This document shows positions 17,984-27,383 of a stretch of DNA of 64,000 nt, piece by piece. The position numbers and the translations under genes were made by a program. The stretch's first letter is position 1; each line of letters begins with the position of its first letter. Under the pieces are notes generated by a model. It saw only the letters and a list, made by a program, of their open reading frames with translations. It made no database searches and was not told the DNA's origin. Source of the DNA: an uncultured Candidatus Actinomarina sp. (GTDB lineage: Bacteria > Actinomycetota > Acidimicrobiia > Actinomarinales > Actinomarinaceae). The stretch is from NCBI GenBank assembly GCA_902634185.1, contig CACPJC010000003.1, positions 64,001 to 128,000 on the forward strand. The letters are read 5' to 3'.

Positions 17984-20548
17984 TTATTCATCACCATCAG
18001 CGATTCCATCTGTGTCAGCATCTGAGCTTGCATTTGGGTCTAAAGGAAATGCATCTAAAGAGTCTAATACCCCATCACCATCATCATCTGTGTCTGATGA
18101 ATTATCGATACCGTCTCCATCTGTATCAACAGCAGTTAGTTTCCATCTTCTCATAAATTCATCTTCAAACATTACTATTCCTACTTCAGGGTTCACCCAA
18201 AAATTTAGTATCTGTAAAGACCGGTGAAATGAACTTGATGCACCAATACTAACTTGTGAATGAGTAATTTTGTATGCATCGTATGCACCGTGAGGTGTAA
18301 CAACTAACTCTTGATTTACATAATTTGTAAAATTCCAAGTATCGTAATAAGTAGTGCCAAAAGTGGATGTATTTTCATATCTTGAAGAACAATCTGATTC
18401 ATTATATTCACCTGTCTTCATGTAATGGTCAATGAATAGACAAGGATTTTGAAATTCTCTTTCAATAGAGCCGTCACTTGGTGTTGAACCGGCAAATATC
18501 TTTTCCCAACCAACAGTCTTTATAAAGTAATTACCATTGTTTATATAAAATAATATTCCAAATTTATGGTTAACATCGCCTGTATTAAATGGATTCACAT
18601 AATTCATGTCACAATTTTGTGTATCACACCAGTAAAAAGTTTCGTATGTAGTTCCACCATCCTCAATATCTGAGCCTTTTTCGACATACATTGTTTTTGT
18701 TGCAGAAGTAGTTTCAGAAATTGATTCTGTAAAGCTATATGACGATGAACCACCATCAATTAATGGAAAATATGCTTTTGATTTTATTGAATAACTTCCG
18801 ATGTCAACGCCATAATTTGTAGATGGCCCAAATCTGTCATATTCATGTGCATATTCTTGCATTACTCTCGAAGCATCAGATTGATCATTTACTCCAGCAC
18901 TTTGTGTGCCTTGTGTTCCATCATTTTGATAGTGGAAAGGAATGCCAAGATCATTTACTTCTGGAAATCCAGCACATGTTAAATCTGGATTTGAATAAAT
19001 TCCACAAAAAGCCATTCCATACCCTACGAGAGTTGAGAAAGGTTGGTCGCCTGTCTGATTATAAGCATGTGCATAATCGGTAATTCCATCTCCTGTTGAT
19101 CCAGGATTTGAACTTTGCTCTCTTGAATGTGCTATCCCCAAAGCATGTCCTAACTCATGTGGAAAGAGCTTGTTATTATATCTGTAATCCAAGCTTGTAA
19201 CTTTGAAAACATTTCTCCTGTCTTTTGTTGTATCTCTATATAAATATGAAGAACTTCCCTCTCCAGGAAGGAGTGCACCTACAATATCAGCACCTTTTTT
19301 AACTTTAGTTTTGTGGACTTCTTGATCATATTGTAAAAAGTTTAAAATATTGCTACTTACGTCTGAGTAAGTCACATTCCAAGAATGGATATCCAAAACA
19401 TTCATTTCCAAGTTAGTAATCTGACTATTCGCAAAAATCTCATTTTGATTTGTCTCTAACTGACCCTGAGCAAAAGAAAGCAATTCACTGGTAGTATCGT
19501 AATCGCTTGGTGCAGATCCAATTGTGTCATTGTGGTAAACAAGTAAAAGATCTATGGAAAATTTTTCTGATATATCTGTCACGTTAACTGTAAAATTTTT
19601 GCAAGATATTCCCAAACTGTCAGTCACATTTGCAGTTGCTGAATAACTTGTCTTTTGCTCATAGTCAGCATTTGTATTTAAAGTTATTACTCCGTTTGAA
19701 TCAACCGACATAAGTCTTGAATCACTTCCAGTAATTGAGTAAGACAATGTGCCTGATCCCGTTGCTGAAATGGTATCAATAGATTTTTGATTTTCATTTA
19801 TTGTTATTGGAGTAGTTAAATTAGTAATTGTTGGACCATTGCTACAGCTATCCTCAGAAGAATTTCCTGATCCAGTTCCACCAGTTCCACCAGTTCCAGG
19901 TGTTATTCCTGGGATGGGTTTTTCTATAAAATCAAAACCACTATTTTTTAATTGTTTATGTTCATCGCAGTCTCTATATGTAGTCCATTCACCTGCTGCA
20001 TTCCATAAAGTTCCAACTTCTCCATGCCACATCTTTCCACCATCATCACAATCAATTTTCTCACTTACTGTTTCCGTGATAATTTCATCAACCTCTGTGA
20101 TAACTTCATCGACCTCTAAGAGATTTTGTTTTATTGGTCTATTTTCAAAAAAAGTACATTCTTTGTAAGCTAAATAGTCACCGCAATCTATAAATATAGC
20201 TTTGACCTCCATCTCACAATTGTTATAAGTTGTCATAGCTTTATGTGTTGAAGGTCCAATAATGCCATCAACTCTAATCCCAATAAATCTTTGAAAATTT
20301 TTGATTGCTAGCCTAAGACTTTTTGTCATATAAGCTTCAATTTTTCCAGTGAAAAAACCTTCTTCATTCAGAAAATCATATAAATTACTAACTTCAAGAA
20401 AATTTACGTTACCGTAATTATTTTCAACACATTCCTGAGTAGTTTCATTAAAGACTGATTCAGTTACTTCGATTTGGGTTGGAAACATTAGAGTTGTAAA
20501 AATAATCAAAAATACAAAAATAAAACAAGTAAAAATTCTCCAACCCAT
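17984..20548 (-). CDS. Secreted multidomain zinc metalloprotease: peptidoglycan-binding domain, cadherin-like domain, reprolysin/M12-like catalytic domain, Asp-rich TSP3-like tail
   Basis: AIKNFQ...VDGIIGPST (PG_binding_1); INENQ...DYEQKTSY (cadherin); HELGHALGIAH; DTDGDG/DAFPLDP repeats. Confidence 0.8.
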   Translation of the reverse strand: MGWRIFTCFIFVFLIIFTTLMFPTQIEVTESVFNETTQECVENNYGNVNFLEVSNLYDFLNEEGFFTGKIEAYMTKSLRLAIKNFQRFIGIRVDGIIGPSTHKAMTTYNNCEMEVKAIFIDCGDYLAYKECTFFENRPIKQNLLEVDEVITEVDEIITETVSEKIDCDDGGKMWHGEVGTLWNAAGEWTTYRDCDEHKQLKNSGFDFIEKPIPGITPGTGGTGGTGSGNSSEDSCSNGPTITNLTTPITINENQKSIDTISATGSGTLSYSITGSDSRLMSVDSNGVITLNTNADYEQKTSYSATANVTDSLGISCKNFTVNVTDISEKFSIDLLLVYHNDTIGSAPSDYDTTSELLSFAQGQLETNQNEIFANSQITNLEMNVLDIHSWNVTYSDVSSNILNFLQYDQEVHKTKVKKGADIVGALLPGEGSSSYLYRDTTKDRRNVFKVTSLDYRYNNKLFPHELGHALGIAHSREQSSNPGSTGDGITDYAHAYNQTGDQPFSTLVGYGMAFCGIYSNPDLTCAGFPEVNDLGIPFHYQNDGTQGTQSAGVNDQSDASRVMQEYAHEYDRFGPSTNYGVDIGSYSIKSKAYFPLIDGGSSSYSFTESISETTSATKTMYVEKGSDIEDGGTTYETFYWCDTQNCDMNYVNPFNTGDVNHKFGILFYINNGNYFIKTVGWEKIFAGSTPSDGSIEREFQNPCLFIDHYMKTGEYNESDCSSRYENTSTFGTTYYDTWNFTNYVNQELVVTPHGAYDAYKITHSQVSIGASSSFHRSLQILNFWVNPEVGIVMFEDEFMRRWKLTAVDTDGDGIDNSSDTDDDGDGVLDSLDAFPLDPNASSDADTDGIADGDE

Positions 20549-20590
20549 AGAGAAAAATTCTAAGTTATAAAATTTTCTATTTCAAATAAT

Positions 20591-21037
20591 TTAAGTCAGT
20601 TTTTGTTTGACTATTTTACTTACGACCGAACCATCTATGCCGTCACCTTTTGCCATAACTGCACCAATTACTCTTCCCATTTGAGAAATATCAACGTCAC
20701 CTAATTCAGAAAGGACCTCATCAACAATTTTTTCAACTTCCTCTTCACCAAGTTGTTCTGGTAAATAGGTACTTAGAAAATCAATCTCAAATTGTATTTT
20801 GTCCGCCATCTCTTGACCCCTTTCGCCCAAAGATTGATATTCTTCAACAGCTTTTATCATTTTTTTAACATATGAAGAGATCACTCCAAGTACAAGGTCG
20901 TCATTTACTTCTTCGCCTTTTTCAGCTTTCTTTTTTGCAATCTCTGTTTGGATTTGTCTAATAGCATCAAGTTTGGGTTTATCTTTTGCCTTCATTGCAT
21001 CTTTTAATGCTGAGCTTAAGTCATCTGCTAGTGCCAT
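20591..21037 (-). CDS. GatB/YqeY domain protein
   Basis: LKDAMKAKDK, YLPEQL, MGRVIGAVM, DGSVVSKIVKQKL. Confidence 0.93.
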   Translation of the reverse strand: MALADDLSSALKDAMKAKDKPKLDAIRQIQTEIAKKKAEKGEEVNDDLVLGVISSYVKKMIKAVEEYQSLGERGQEMADKIQFEIDFLSTYLPEQLGEEEVEKIVDEVLSELGDVDISQMGRVIGAVMAKGDGIDGSVVSKIVKQKLT

Positions 21038-21056
21038 AATTTTCTATCCTATCTAG

Positions 21057-21695
21057 TTAAAGTTTATCACCAATATCAGTGACCACACCATAAACTCCTG
21101 TATTTAAAATATTATCTATTTCATCTTTATCATTAACTGTCCACACAACACATTTATCTTTTGGTAGGTCAAACTTTCTAGAATGAAAAATATCTTTCTG
21201 GATCATAAACATTAAATTATCATCTAAATTCGAAATAGATTTGCTTTCGAATAATTGATTTTCTTCATCAATCAAAATACCATATCTTGAATTAAATTTT
21301 TCTCTGTTGCTTAAAATTGTTCCCCAATCAAATGAAGAAACAATATCATCAGGATTTGTTAACTCAATAATTTTTTCTACAAAGATGGTGTTTAGAGTTT
21401 CTTGTTTATTGTTTACTTTTAATTCAAAATTTACATCTCCCAATATTTGATCTCTAGATGTTAAATGATTATCACTTAGGTCAGTACTTTTAATGTCTGA
21501 TATCTCTTGTAATGACAAATCTTCAATTTCTTGATTATTAATTGTCGAATCATGAAAAAGAATTAACTCTTCATCTTTTGTTATCCGTACATCTGTTTCA
21601 ACGAAATCACATATTTCAAGGGCTTTATTGAGACTCAAAAAGGTGTTTTCAGGGTATAAATTGGGTAAACCTCTATGACCAAAAATTTTTTTCAA
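21057..21695 (-). CDS. Glycerophosphodiester phosphodiesterase family protein
   Basis: GHRG..PENT, ETDVRITKD..LILFHD, VSSFD, WTVND, GVVTD. Confidence 0.9.
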   Translation of the reverse strand: MKKIFGHRGLPNLYPENTFLSLNKALEICDFVETDVRITKDEELILFHDSTINNQEIEDLSLQEISDIKSTDLSDNHLTSRDQILGDVNFELKVNNKQETLNTIFVEKIIELTNPDDIVSSFDWGTILSNREKFNSRYGILIDEENQLFESKSISNLDDNLMFMIQKDIFHSRKFDLPKDKCVVWTVNDKDEIDNILNTGVYGVVTDIGDKL

Positions 21696-21741
21696 AAATA
21701 CTTCCTTATATTTCCAATTTTAGTACAATTAATTCACTAGA

Positions 21742-21759
21742 TTGTGAAACATTTCACAA
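21742..21759. promoter_or_regulatory. Perfect Rex-type operator (also fits CRP/Fnr TGTGA-N6-TCACA) upstream of whiB1
   Basis: TTGTGAAACATTTCACAA matches TTGTGAA-N4-TTCACAA. It lies between a TACAAT -10 box (21724-21729) and the AAGGA RBS. Confidence 0.8.
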
Positions 21760-21772
21760 AGTAAGGAATAAA

Positions 21773-22057
21773 GTGCAAATAGTAAATTTTGACTTAGAAC
21801 AAGAACTTTGGATGCAGGAGGGTGCATGCGTTTTTGCTGATCCTGACCTGTTTTTTCCAGTAGGTTCTTCTATGAAAGCATTAAAACAAGCTGCTGAGGC
21901 TAAGGCAATTTGTAATGAGTGTGACGTAAAAATTGAATGTTTAGAATATGCTATTAGAACAAATCAAGACTCTGGTGTTTGGGGTGGAACAACAGAGGAC
22001 GAGAGAAAATCAATTAGAAGAGAGTATAAAAAAACAGGTACTCTTGTAACTTCCTAA
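21773..22057 (+). CDS. whiB1: WhiB family Fe-S transcriptional regulator, WhiB1/WblE-like
   Basis: Four Cys; DPDLFFPVG, AKAICNEC.V..ECLEYA, NQDSGVWGG.TEDER. Confidence 0.88.
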   Translation: MQIVNFDLEQELWMQEGACVFADPDLFFPVGSSMKALKQAAEAKAICNECDVKIECLEYAIRTNQDSGVWGGTTEDERKSIRREYKKTGTLVTS

Positions 22058-22278
22058 ACTAAGCCAGCTTCCCTTTTATCGGTATCATCAACAAATTCAA
22101 TGGAATGTATTTGTTTAGCGTTGATTCCAATCTCACCGTCTTCATCTTTAATCCAATACATTCCACCATTTTGGATTAATTCTTCAATTTCTTTTGTAAA
22201 TTTCTTCTTATCATCAACTTCGGTTTGAAATTCCTTCATTGAACCAAGTAGTGCGATTTTTACTTTTTGCTTAGCCAC
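22054..22278 (-). CDS. Small protein, DUF3107-like
   Basis: VKI....KE, WIKDEDG..IGIN..QI..IEF pattern typical of the actinobacterial DUF3107 family. Confidence 0.6.
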   Translation of the reverse strand: MAKQKVKIALLGSMKEFQTEVDDKKKFTKEIEELIQNGGMYWIKDEDGEIGINAKQIHSIEFVDDTDKREAGLV

Positions 22279-22287
22279 TATATCTCC

Positions 22288-23265
22288 TTATAAAACGTTT
22301 TCACCCATAAAAATTGCGGAGACAGAATCGTCCGCAAAAATAGATGTTAGTGCCGTTGCAATAATAGAGGAAACGGAGAGAATGTTTACATTTCCGATTT
22401 TTTCGATATTCCCATTTTGTTTAAGTGTGTCTGTTACGACGATTTCTTCTATAGGGGTATCTTGAAGTTTCTCGACACTTTCATCAGAAAAAATTCCGTG
22501 AGTTGCTGCTACGCTCACAGACTTTGCACCTCTCTCAATTAGAGCTCTTGATGCAGCAGCAATTGTGCCTCCTGTATCAATTATGTCATCAAATAATATT
22601 GCGTGTCGATCCTCAACTTCACCGATGACAGTAAATGCCTTTACTTCGTTATGTATCTTTGGATCTCTCTTCTTGTGTACAAAACCAACATAAGCCTCCA
22701 TATTTTTAGCAAAAGTTGTAGCTCTTCTCACTCCTCCAGCGTCTGGGGAAATTATTGTTATAGGCTCTTGAAATTTTTCTTTAAAGTAATTTACAAATAA
22801 TGGCATAGCTGTCAAATGATCGAATGGCTGATCAACAAATCCTTGAATCTGTTGTGTGTGTAAATCAATTGAGACTATCCTGTCTGCTCCTGCTGCAATA
22901 AATAGGTCGGCAACTAATCGAGCAGATATTGGCTCTCTAGGTAATGCTTTTTTATCCTGTCTTGAATATGGGTAAAACGGAAGTACAGCAGTGATTCTTT
23001 TTGCAGATGCTCTTTTTAAGGCATCTACAAGTAAAAGCTGCTCCATTATTGTAAAGTTAACTTGGCCCGAATGGCTTTGCATTACAAAACAATCAGCACC
23101 TCTTACACTTTCTTGTAAACGTATATAAATTTCTCCATTTGCAAATTGAGTCTTATCTACTTCAGCAAGTTCAGTTCCTAGTTCTTTTGCAACTTTATCG
23201 GCTAATTCAGGATTTGATGAACCTGAAAATATGAGCATTTTCTTTTTACCAGCTCTCTCAATCAT
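22288..23265 (-). CDS. prs: Ribose-phosphate pyrophosphokinase
   Basis: FANGE, ESVRG, PYSRQDKK, DLHTQQIQGF, SPDAGG, DDIIDTGGT. Confidence 0.98.
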   Translation of the reverse strand: MIERAGKKKMLIFSGSSNPELADKVAKELGTELAEVDKTQFANGEIYIRLQESVRGADCFVMQSHSGQVNFTIMEQLLLVDALKRASAKRITAVLPFYPYSRQDKKALPREPISARLVADLFIAAGADRIVSIDLHTQQIQGFVDQPFDHLTAMPLFVNYFKEKFQEPITIISPDAGGVRRATTFAKNMEAYVGFVHKKRDPKIHNEVKAFTVIGEVEDRHAILFDDIIDTGGTIAAASRALIERGAKSVSVAATHGIFSDESVEKLQDTPIEEIVVTDTLKQNGNIEKIGNVNILSVSSIIATALTSIFADDSVSAIFMGENVL

Positions 23266-24635
23266 TTCTTTCCTTTTTTATTTTTTCGATCCATATAGCC
23301 CTCAATATTTTTCTGATCATTTCTTTCAATACCAAGAGCTCCTGGAGGAATATCTTTTGTAATTACAGATCCAGCACCCACCATAGCTCCCTCACCAATG
23401 GTCACGGGAGCAACAAGCATTGTATCTGAACCTACAAATGCATTTTTCTTTATCTCAGTTTTATGTTTTTCTTTACCGTCATAATTAACAGTTATTGCTC
23501 CGGCTGAAAAATTTACATTTTCTTCTAATTCTGCATCTCCAACATAAGCAAGATGGGGTACTTTACTGCCTTTTCCAATTTTTGAATTTTTTGTTTCTGC
23601 AAAAGCTCCAACTTTCACATTTTCATCAAGAATAGATCCCTTTCTTAAATGAGCATAAGGACCAATTGTTGCCTTGCCTTTTATTTCTGCTTCATCGATC
23701 ACTGAAAATTGAACGACAGAACCCTCGCCTATTTTTGAATCATTAATTATGGAGTTTGGTCCTATGACACAATCCTTTTCAATACTTGTTTTTCCCGTTA
23801 AATGACAATTAGCTAAAATTCTCGATCCGGAGGCTATCTCCACAGACTTATCTATATATGTTGAATTTGGATCTTGAAAATATACACCATTTTCCATGTG
23901 GGATTCAATTAGTTCTTTCCGAAGCGTGTTCTCAACATCATTCAGCTGACTCATGGAATTTATACCTTGTATTGAATCTTCATTTACTTGTACTATAACC
24001 CTTTCAAGATTGTTTTGAAAAGCTATATTTATTAAATCTGTAAGATAAAATTCTTTTTGATTATTTGAACTTTCTAAACTCCCGATATTTGAATTTAGGA
24101 AACTTATATCTATGCAATATATTCCAGAATTAATTTCATTGATTTGTTTCTCAGTTTCATTTGCATCGGATTCTTCAATTATCTTTTCAAACTCTTTATT
24201 ATTTTTTACAATTCTTCCATACCCAAACGGGTTTTTAACTTTTGCCGAAATTAATCCGATTGCAGCTTTATTTTCTATGACATCATTTACTAATTTATCT
24301 AGCTCGTTCTTTCTTATCAGAGGAACATCGCCTGGAATTACTACTAAGTATTGACTGTTATCACTTTCAAACTCGCTGCTCTCTAATAATGTAGAAATTG
24401 CGTGACCTGTACCAAGTTGTTCTTTTTGTACTACCGGAATAAAATTCTCAAATATGGTTGAGGATACTTTTTCTGATTGATGTCCAACAACTACATATTT
24501 GCTATCAAAATGACTAATTGCTTCTTGAGCATAATCAATCATTGGAATGCCAAGTACGTTATGAAGAACTTTTGGAAGGGAGGACTTCATTCTTGTTCCC
24601 TGACCAGCAGCTAAAATTACACCTGAAATACTCAT
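23262..24635 (-). CDS. glmU: Bifunctional UDP-GlcNAc pyrophosphorylase / glucosamine-1-P acetyltransferase
   Basis: LAAGQGTRMKS..PKVLH, EQLGTGHA, GYGRI, EINSGIY, hexapeptide repeats, NYDG. Confidence 0.98.
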   Translation of the reverse strand: MSISGVILAAGQGTRMKSSLPKVLHNVLGIPMIDYAQEAISHFDSKYVVVGHQSEKVSSTIFENFIPVVQKEQLGTGHAISTLLESSEFESDNSQYLVVIPGDVPLIRKNELDKLVNDVIENKAAIGLISAKVKNPFGYGRIVKNNKEFEKIIEESDANETEKQINEINSGIYCIDISFLNSNIGSLESSNNQKEFYLTDLINIAFQNNLERVIVQVNEDSIQGINSMSQLNDVENTLRKELIESHMENGVYFQDPNSTYIDKSVEIASGSRILANCHLTGKTSIEKDCVIGPNSIINDSKIGEGSVVQFSVIDEAEIKGKATIGPYAHLRKGSILDENVKVGAFAETKNSKIGKGSKVPHLAYVGDAELEENVNFSAGAITVNYDGKEKHKTEIKKNAFVGSDTMLVAPVTIGEGAMVGAGSVITKDIPPGALGIERNDQKNIEGYMDRKNKKGKK

Positions 24636-24643
24636 TTAATTTT

Positions 24644-24718
24644 TGGCTGGGGGAGAAGGACTCGAACCCTCAACGTTGGGACCAAAACCCAATGTGTTGC
24701 CAATTACACCATCCCCCA
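24644..24718 (-). tRNA. tRNA-Gln (anticodon TTG)
   Basis: Reverse complement TGGGGGATGGTGTAATTGGCAACACATTGGGTTTTGGTCCCAACGTTGAGGGTTCGAGTCCTTCTCCCCCAGCCA folds as a cloverleaf with encoded CCA. Canonical position upstream of glmU. Confidence 0.97.
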
Positions 24719-24733
24719 ATACTTGTCTTAATT

Positions 24734-25558
24734 CTAATCTGAAATTGTTTCCAAACTAAAATCAATTTTTTTTACTATTTTTACAATTCTAAATTGGTTC
24801 TCATCTATAAGGTCAAACTTTTTTTGTAAGTTATCCAAAGTGCCAAGACAAAACATCGAGCTACCACTCCCCGACAAAAAGAATTCTTCATCTGTTGATG
24901 ATTCTAAGTAATCTTTAATTTTTATTAAATTGGGTTCAATTATTGTTGATGGATTCCAGAAGTCGTTAAATATTTTTATATCTTTATACGTATTTACTAA
25001 AGTTGAAGTATTTTTTAATCGATCAAACTCTAAAAATGCTTTTGCAGTTGAAACAATTTCATTAGGTACCACAAGCAACATATTCAATTCAATATCAATT
25101 TTTTTTGGCTCGATAATATCACCGATTCCTGTTACAAACGCTGGTTGTCCATTAATAAAGAAAGGTACATCGCTACCAATTTTTTGAACAACATCTTCAT
25201 TGGATGGAATAGATAGGTTATATACTTCTGACAACTTCGACAATAACGCTCCTGCATTGGAACTACCGCCTCCAAGGCCCGATTCTGTTGGAATATTCTT
25301 AGTTATATTTATTTCAAAAAATTTAGAAAAATCATTTATTTCGCGTAATAAGTTTAAAGATTTAGATACAGTATTATTTTCTGGGATATTCATTGAGTCG
25401 AAAGTAATAATATCTTTATCATTCTTAATCTCTTTTATTTCAATAACATCATAAAGATCTATTGGAACGATTAAAGACTCAATTTTGTGAAGTCCATTAA
25501 CTAATTCGTCTAACACTCTCAGGTTTAGATTTATTTTTCCAAAGGATTTAATTTTCAT
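24734..25558 (-). CDS. ispE: 4-diphosphocytidyl-2-C-methyl-D-erythritol kinase
   Basis: GKINLNL, KNIPTESGLGGGSSNA, IGSDVPFF, LSGSGS. Confidence 0.95.
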   Translation of the reverse strand: MKIKSFGKINLNLRVLDELVNGLHKIESLIVPIDLYDVIEIKEIKNDKDIITFDSMNIPENNTVSKSLNLLREINDFSKFFEINITKNIPTESGLGGGSSNAGALLSKLSEVYNLSIPSNEDVVQKIGSDVPFFINGQPAFVTGIGDIIEPKKIDIELNMLLVVPNEIVSTAKAFLEFDRLKNTSTLVNTYKDIKIFNDFWNPSTIIEPNLIKIKDYLESSTDEEFFLSGSGSSMFCLGTLDNLQKKFDLIDENQFRIVKIVKKIDFSLETISD

Positions 25559-26346
25559 TGTATGCTTTCTGCAATTGCTAAATAATCTTCAGGAGTTAAC
25601 TCCTGTGGTCTTAAATCTAGATTTAACGATAATTTCACAGCCATATCCTCATCAATATACTCACTTAAGGCTGATTTAATTTTTTTTCTCTTTTGTTGAA
25701 ATGCAACTTTTGAGATTTCAAAAGCTTTTAATCTTAATGCTTCATCAACAAGTGTCTCTCTTTGGATTGTTACAACTGTTGATAAAATTTTTGGTTTTGG
25801 TTCGAAACAGTTTTTACTTACATTGAACTGAATTTTTGTACTAGTAAATAATGACGTAAGAACAGAAAGAGAACCATATTGTTTAGTGTTTGGCATTGCT
25901 ACCATTCTTTCGGCGACTTCATCCTGTAGCATTACAACATATCGATGTATTTGAGGAACTTCAGTAATCAGCTTAACCAACAATCTTGTTCCAATATTAT
26001 ATGGTAAATTACCGACCATAATCCACCAAGGGCCTGATAATTGCTTATAATCATAATCCATTGCGTCTTCATGAATTACCTCTATGTTTGGTACTTCTCC
26101 GAATCTTTCAATAAGAAGATTGACTAATTCTTTATCAATTTCTACAGCTTTAATTCTGTAATTATCTTTTAGTAATTCATTAGTAAGTGATCCTGTTCCT
26201 GGCCCAATCTCTATAATTGGATCGGCTAATTGACCTTGGACAAGTTTCGTAATCTTCCTAGAAATATTTGTATCAATTAAAAAGTTTTGCCCTAAATTCT
26301 TTTTTGGTTTTATATTTAATTTGTTAATCCAAAATACTTCGCTCAA
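25555..26346 (-). CDS. rsmA: 16S rRNA m6,2A dimethyltransferase
   Basis: PKKNLGQNFL, EIGPGTGSLT, VGNLPYNI, AFQQKRK. Confidence 0.96.
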   Translation of the reverse strand: MSEVFWINKLNIKPKKNLGQNFLIDTNISRKITKLVQGQLADPIIEIGPGTGSLTNELLKDNYRIKAVEIDKELVNLLIERFGEVPNIEVIHEDAMDYDYKQLSGPWWIMVGNLPYNIGTRLLVKLITEVPQIHRYVVMLQDEVAERMVAMPNTKQYGSLSVLTSLFTSTKIQFNVSKNCFEPKPKILSTVVTIQRETLVDEALRLKAFEISKVAFQQKRKKIKSALSEYIDEDMAVKLSLNLDLRPQELTPEDYLAIAESIQ

Positions 26347-27095
26347 GATTGCCTCTTTAATAACTCTCTGGAATTTCTAATTGTAATTTCGGATAATTTT
26401 TTTTCATCTATATCTAATAGACTCGATATTTTTGATGCTGTGTGCTCTATAAAATTTGGTCTATTTTCTTCTCCCTTTAATGGCATAGGTGTCAAGTATG
26501 GTGTGTCTGTTTCTAGTAGTAACCTATTAGTAGGTATCTCTTGTACAGATAACTGTAAATCTTTTGCAGTTTCATAAGTTACTATTCCAGAAATTGAAAA
26601 GTAAACATCTAATTCTCTAAATCGTTTTGTCCATTTTCTACCCCCTGTCCAGGAATGTAAAATAACCGATGAAGGGTTATTAAACTCAACTAATAAATCG
26701 TAAGTATCTCGAAAACTATCACGGCAGTGAATAATAATTGGTTTATTTAATTGTTTAGAAAATTCTAAGTGGAACAAAAAGTTTTCTCTCTGTTCCTCTT
26801 TGGTGGACAAATTTCTATAAAAATCAAGACCTGTTTCTCCAATTAAATCTGCTTCTACAAAAAGCTTTTCAAGATCGTGTTTTTGAGTATCTAAAAGTTT
26901 TGCGTCATGAGGATGCAGACCAGCAGACCAGTAACTTTCTACTTCTAATGATGAACTTATCTCTTTTGCCTTTGAAGATGATTCAACATCAACTCCGGGT
27001 ATTATTAAAAATTCAATATTCTTGTAATGATTTTCGTCCAAATTTTTGTTTAATAATTGTAAATGACAATGGGTATCAACCCACTTGATTTCCAT
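26343..27095 (-). CDS. tatD: TatD family hydrolase
   Basis: DTHCHL, GLHPH, IGETGLD, IHCRD, LLETDTPYL; ATG at 27095 preferred as start. Confidence 0.94.
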   Translation of the reverse strand: MEIKWVDTHCHLQLLNKNLDENHYKNIEFLIIPGVDVESSSKAKEISSSLEVESYWSAGLHPHDAKLLDTQKHDLEKLFVEADLIGETGLDFYRNLSTKEEQRENFLFHLEFSKQLNKPIIIHCRDSFRDTYDLLVEFNNPSSVILHSWTGGRKWTKRFRELDVYFSISGIVTYETAKDLQLSVQEIPTNRLLLETDTPYLTPMPLKGEENRPNFIEHTASKISSLLDIDEKKLSEITIRNSRELLKRQS

Positions 27096-27143
27096 AAATG
27101 ATTGCGATTTATTCACTACTATAAGAATAGGAGTATTAAAAAT

Positions 27144-27383
27144 ATGGTCAAAGGTAATAAATCTAAGATAGACAACCTAGGGAGGGTTGTAATACCTAAA
27201 TCTATTCGAAAAGCTCTTAATGTTGAACACAATGATGAAATATCTATGCATGTGGAAAATCAAGCATTAATAATTACGAAAAATAATAACGTTTGCACAA
27301 TATGTGTAAAAGAAAAAATTGAAATACAAATTAAAGATAAATATTTATGTAAAAGCTGTGTGGAGACAATTAAAGGTTTTTAA
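27144..27383 (+). CDS. AbrB/MazE/SpoVT family regulator with C-terminal CxxC...CxxC
   Basis: KIDNLGRVVIPKSIRKAL; CTIC...LCKSC; AGGAG RBS upstream of ATG 27144. Confidence 0.88.
   Translation: MVKGNKSKIDNLGRVVIPKSIRKALNVEHNDEISMHVENQALIITKNNNVCTICVKEKIEIQIKDKYLCKSCVETIKGF

Noticed and set aside
24518-24742. 74-aa ORF over the glmU start
   Set aside because: It overlaps tRNA-Gln and glmU on the opposite strand; spurious.
27144-27383. Toxin-antitoxin module
   Set aside because: The AbrB-fold gene has no adjacent toxin ORF, and its context matches transition-state regulator synteny.
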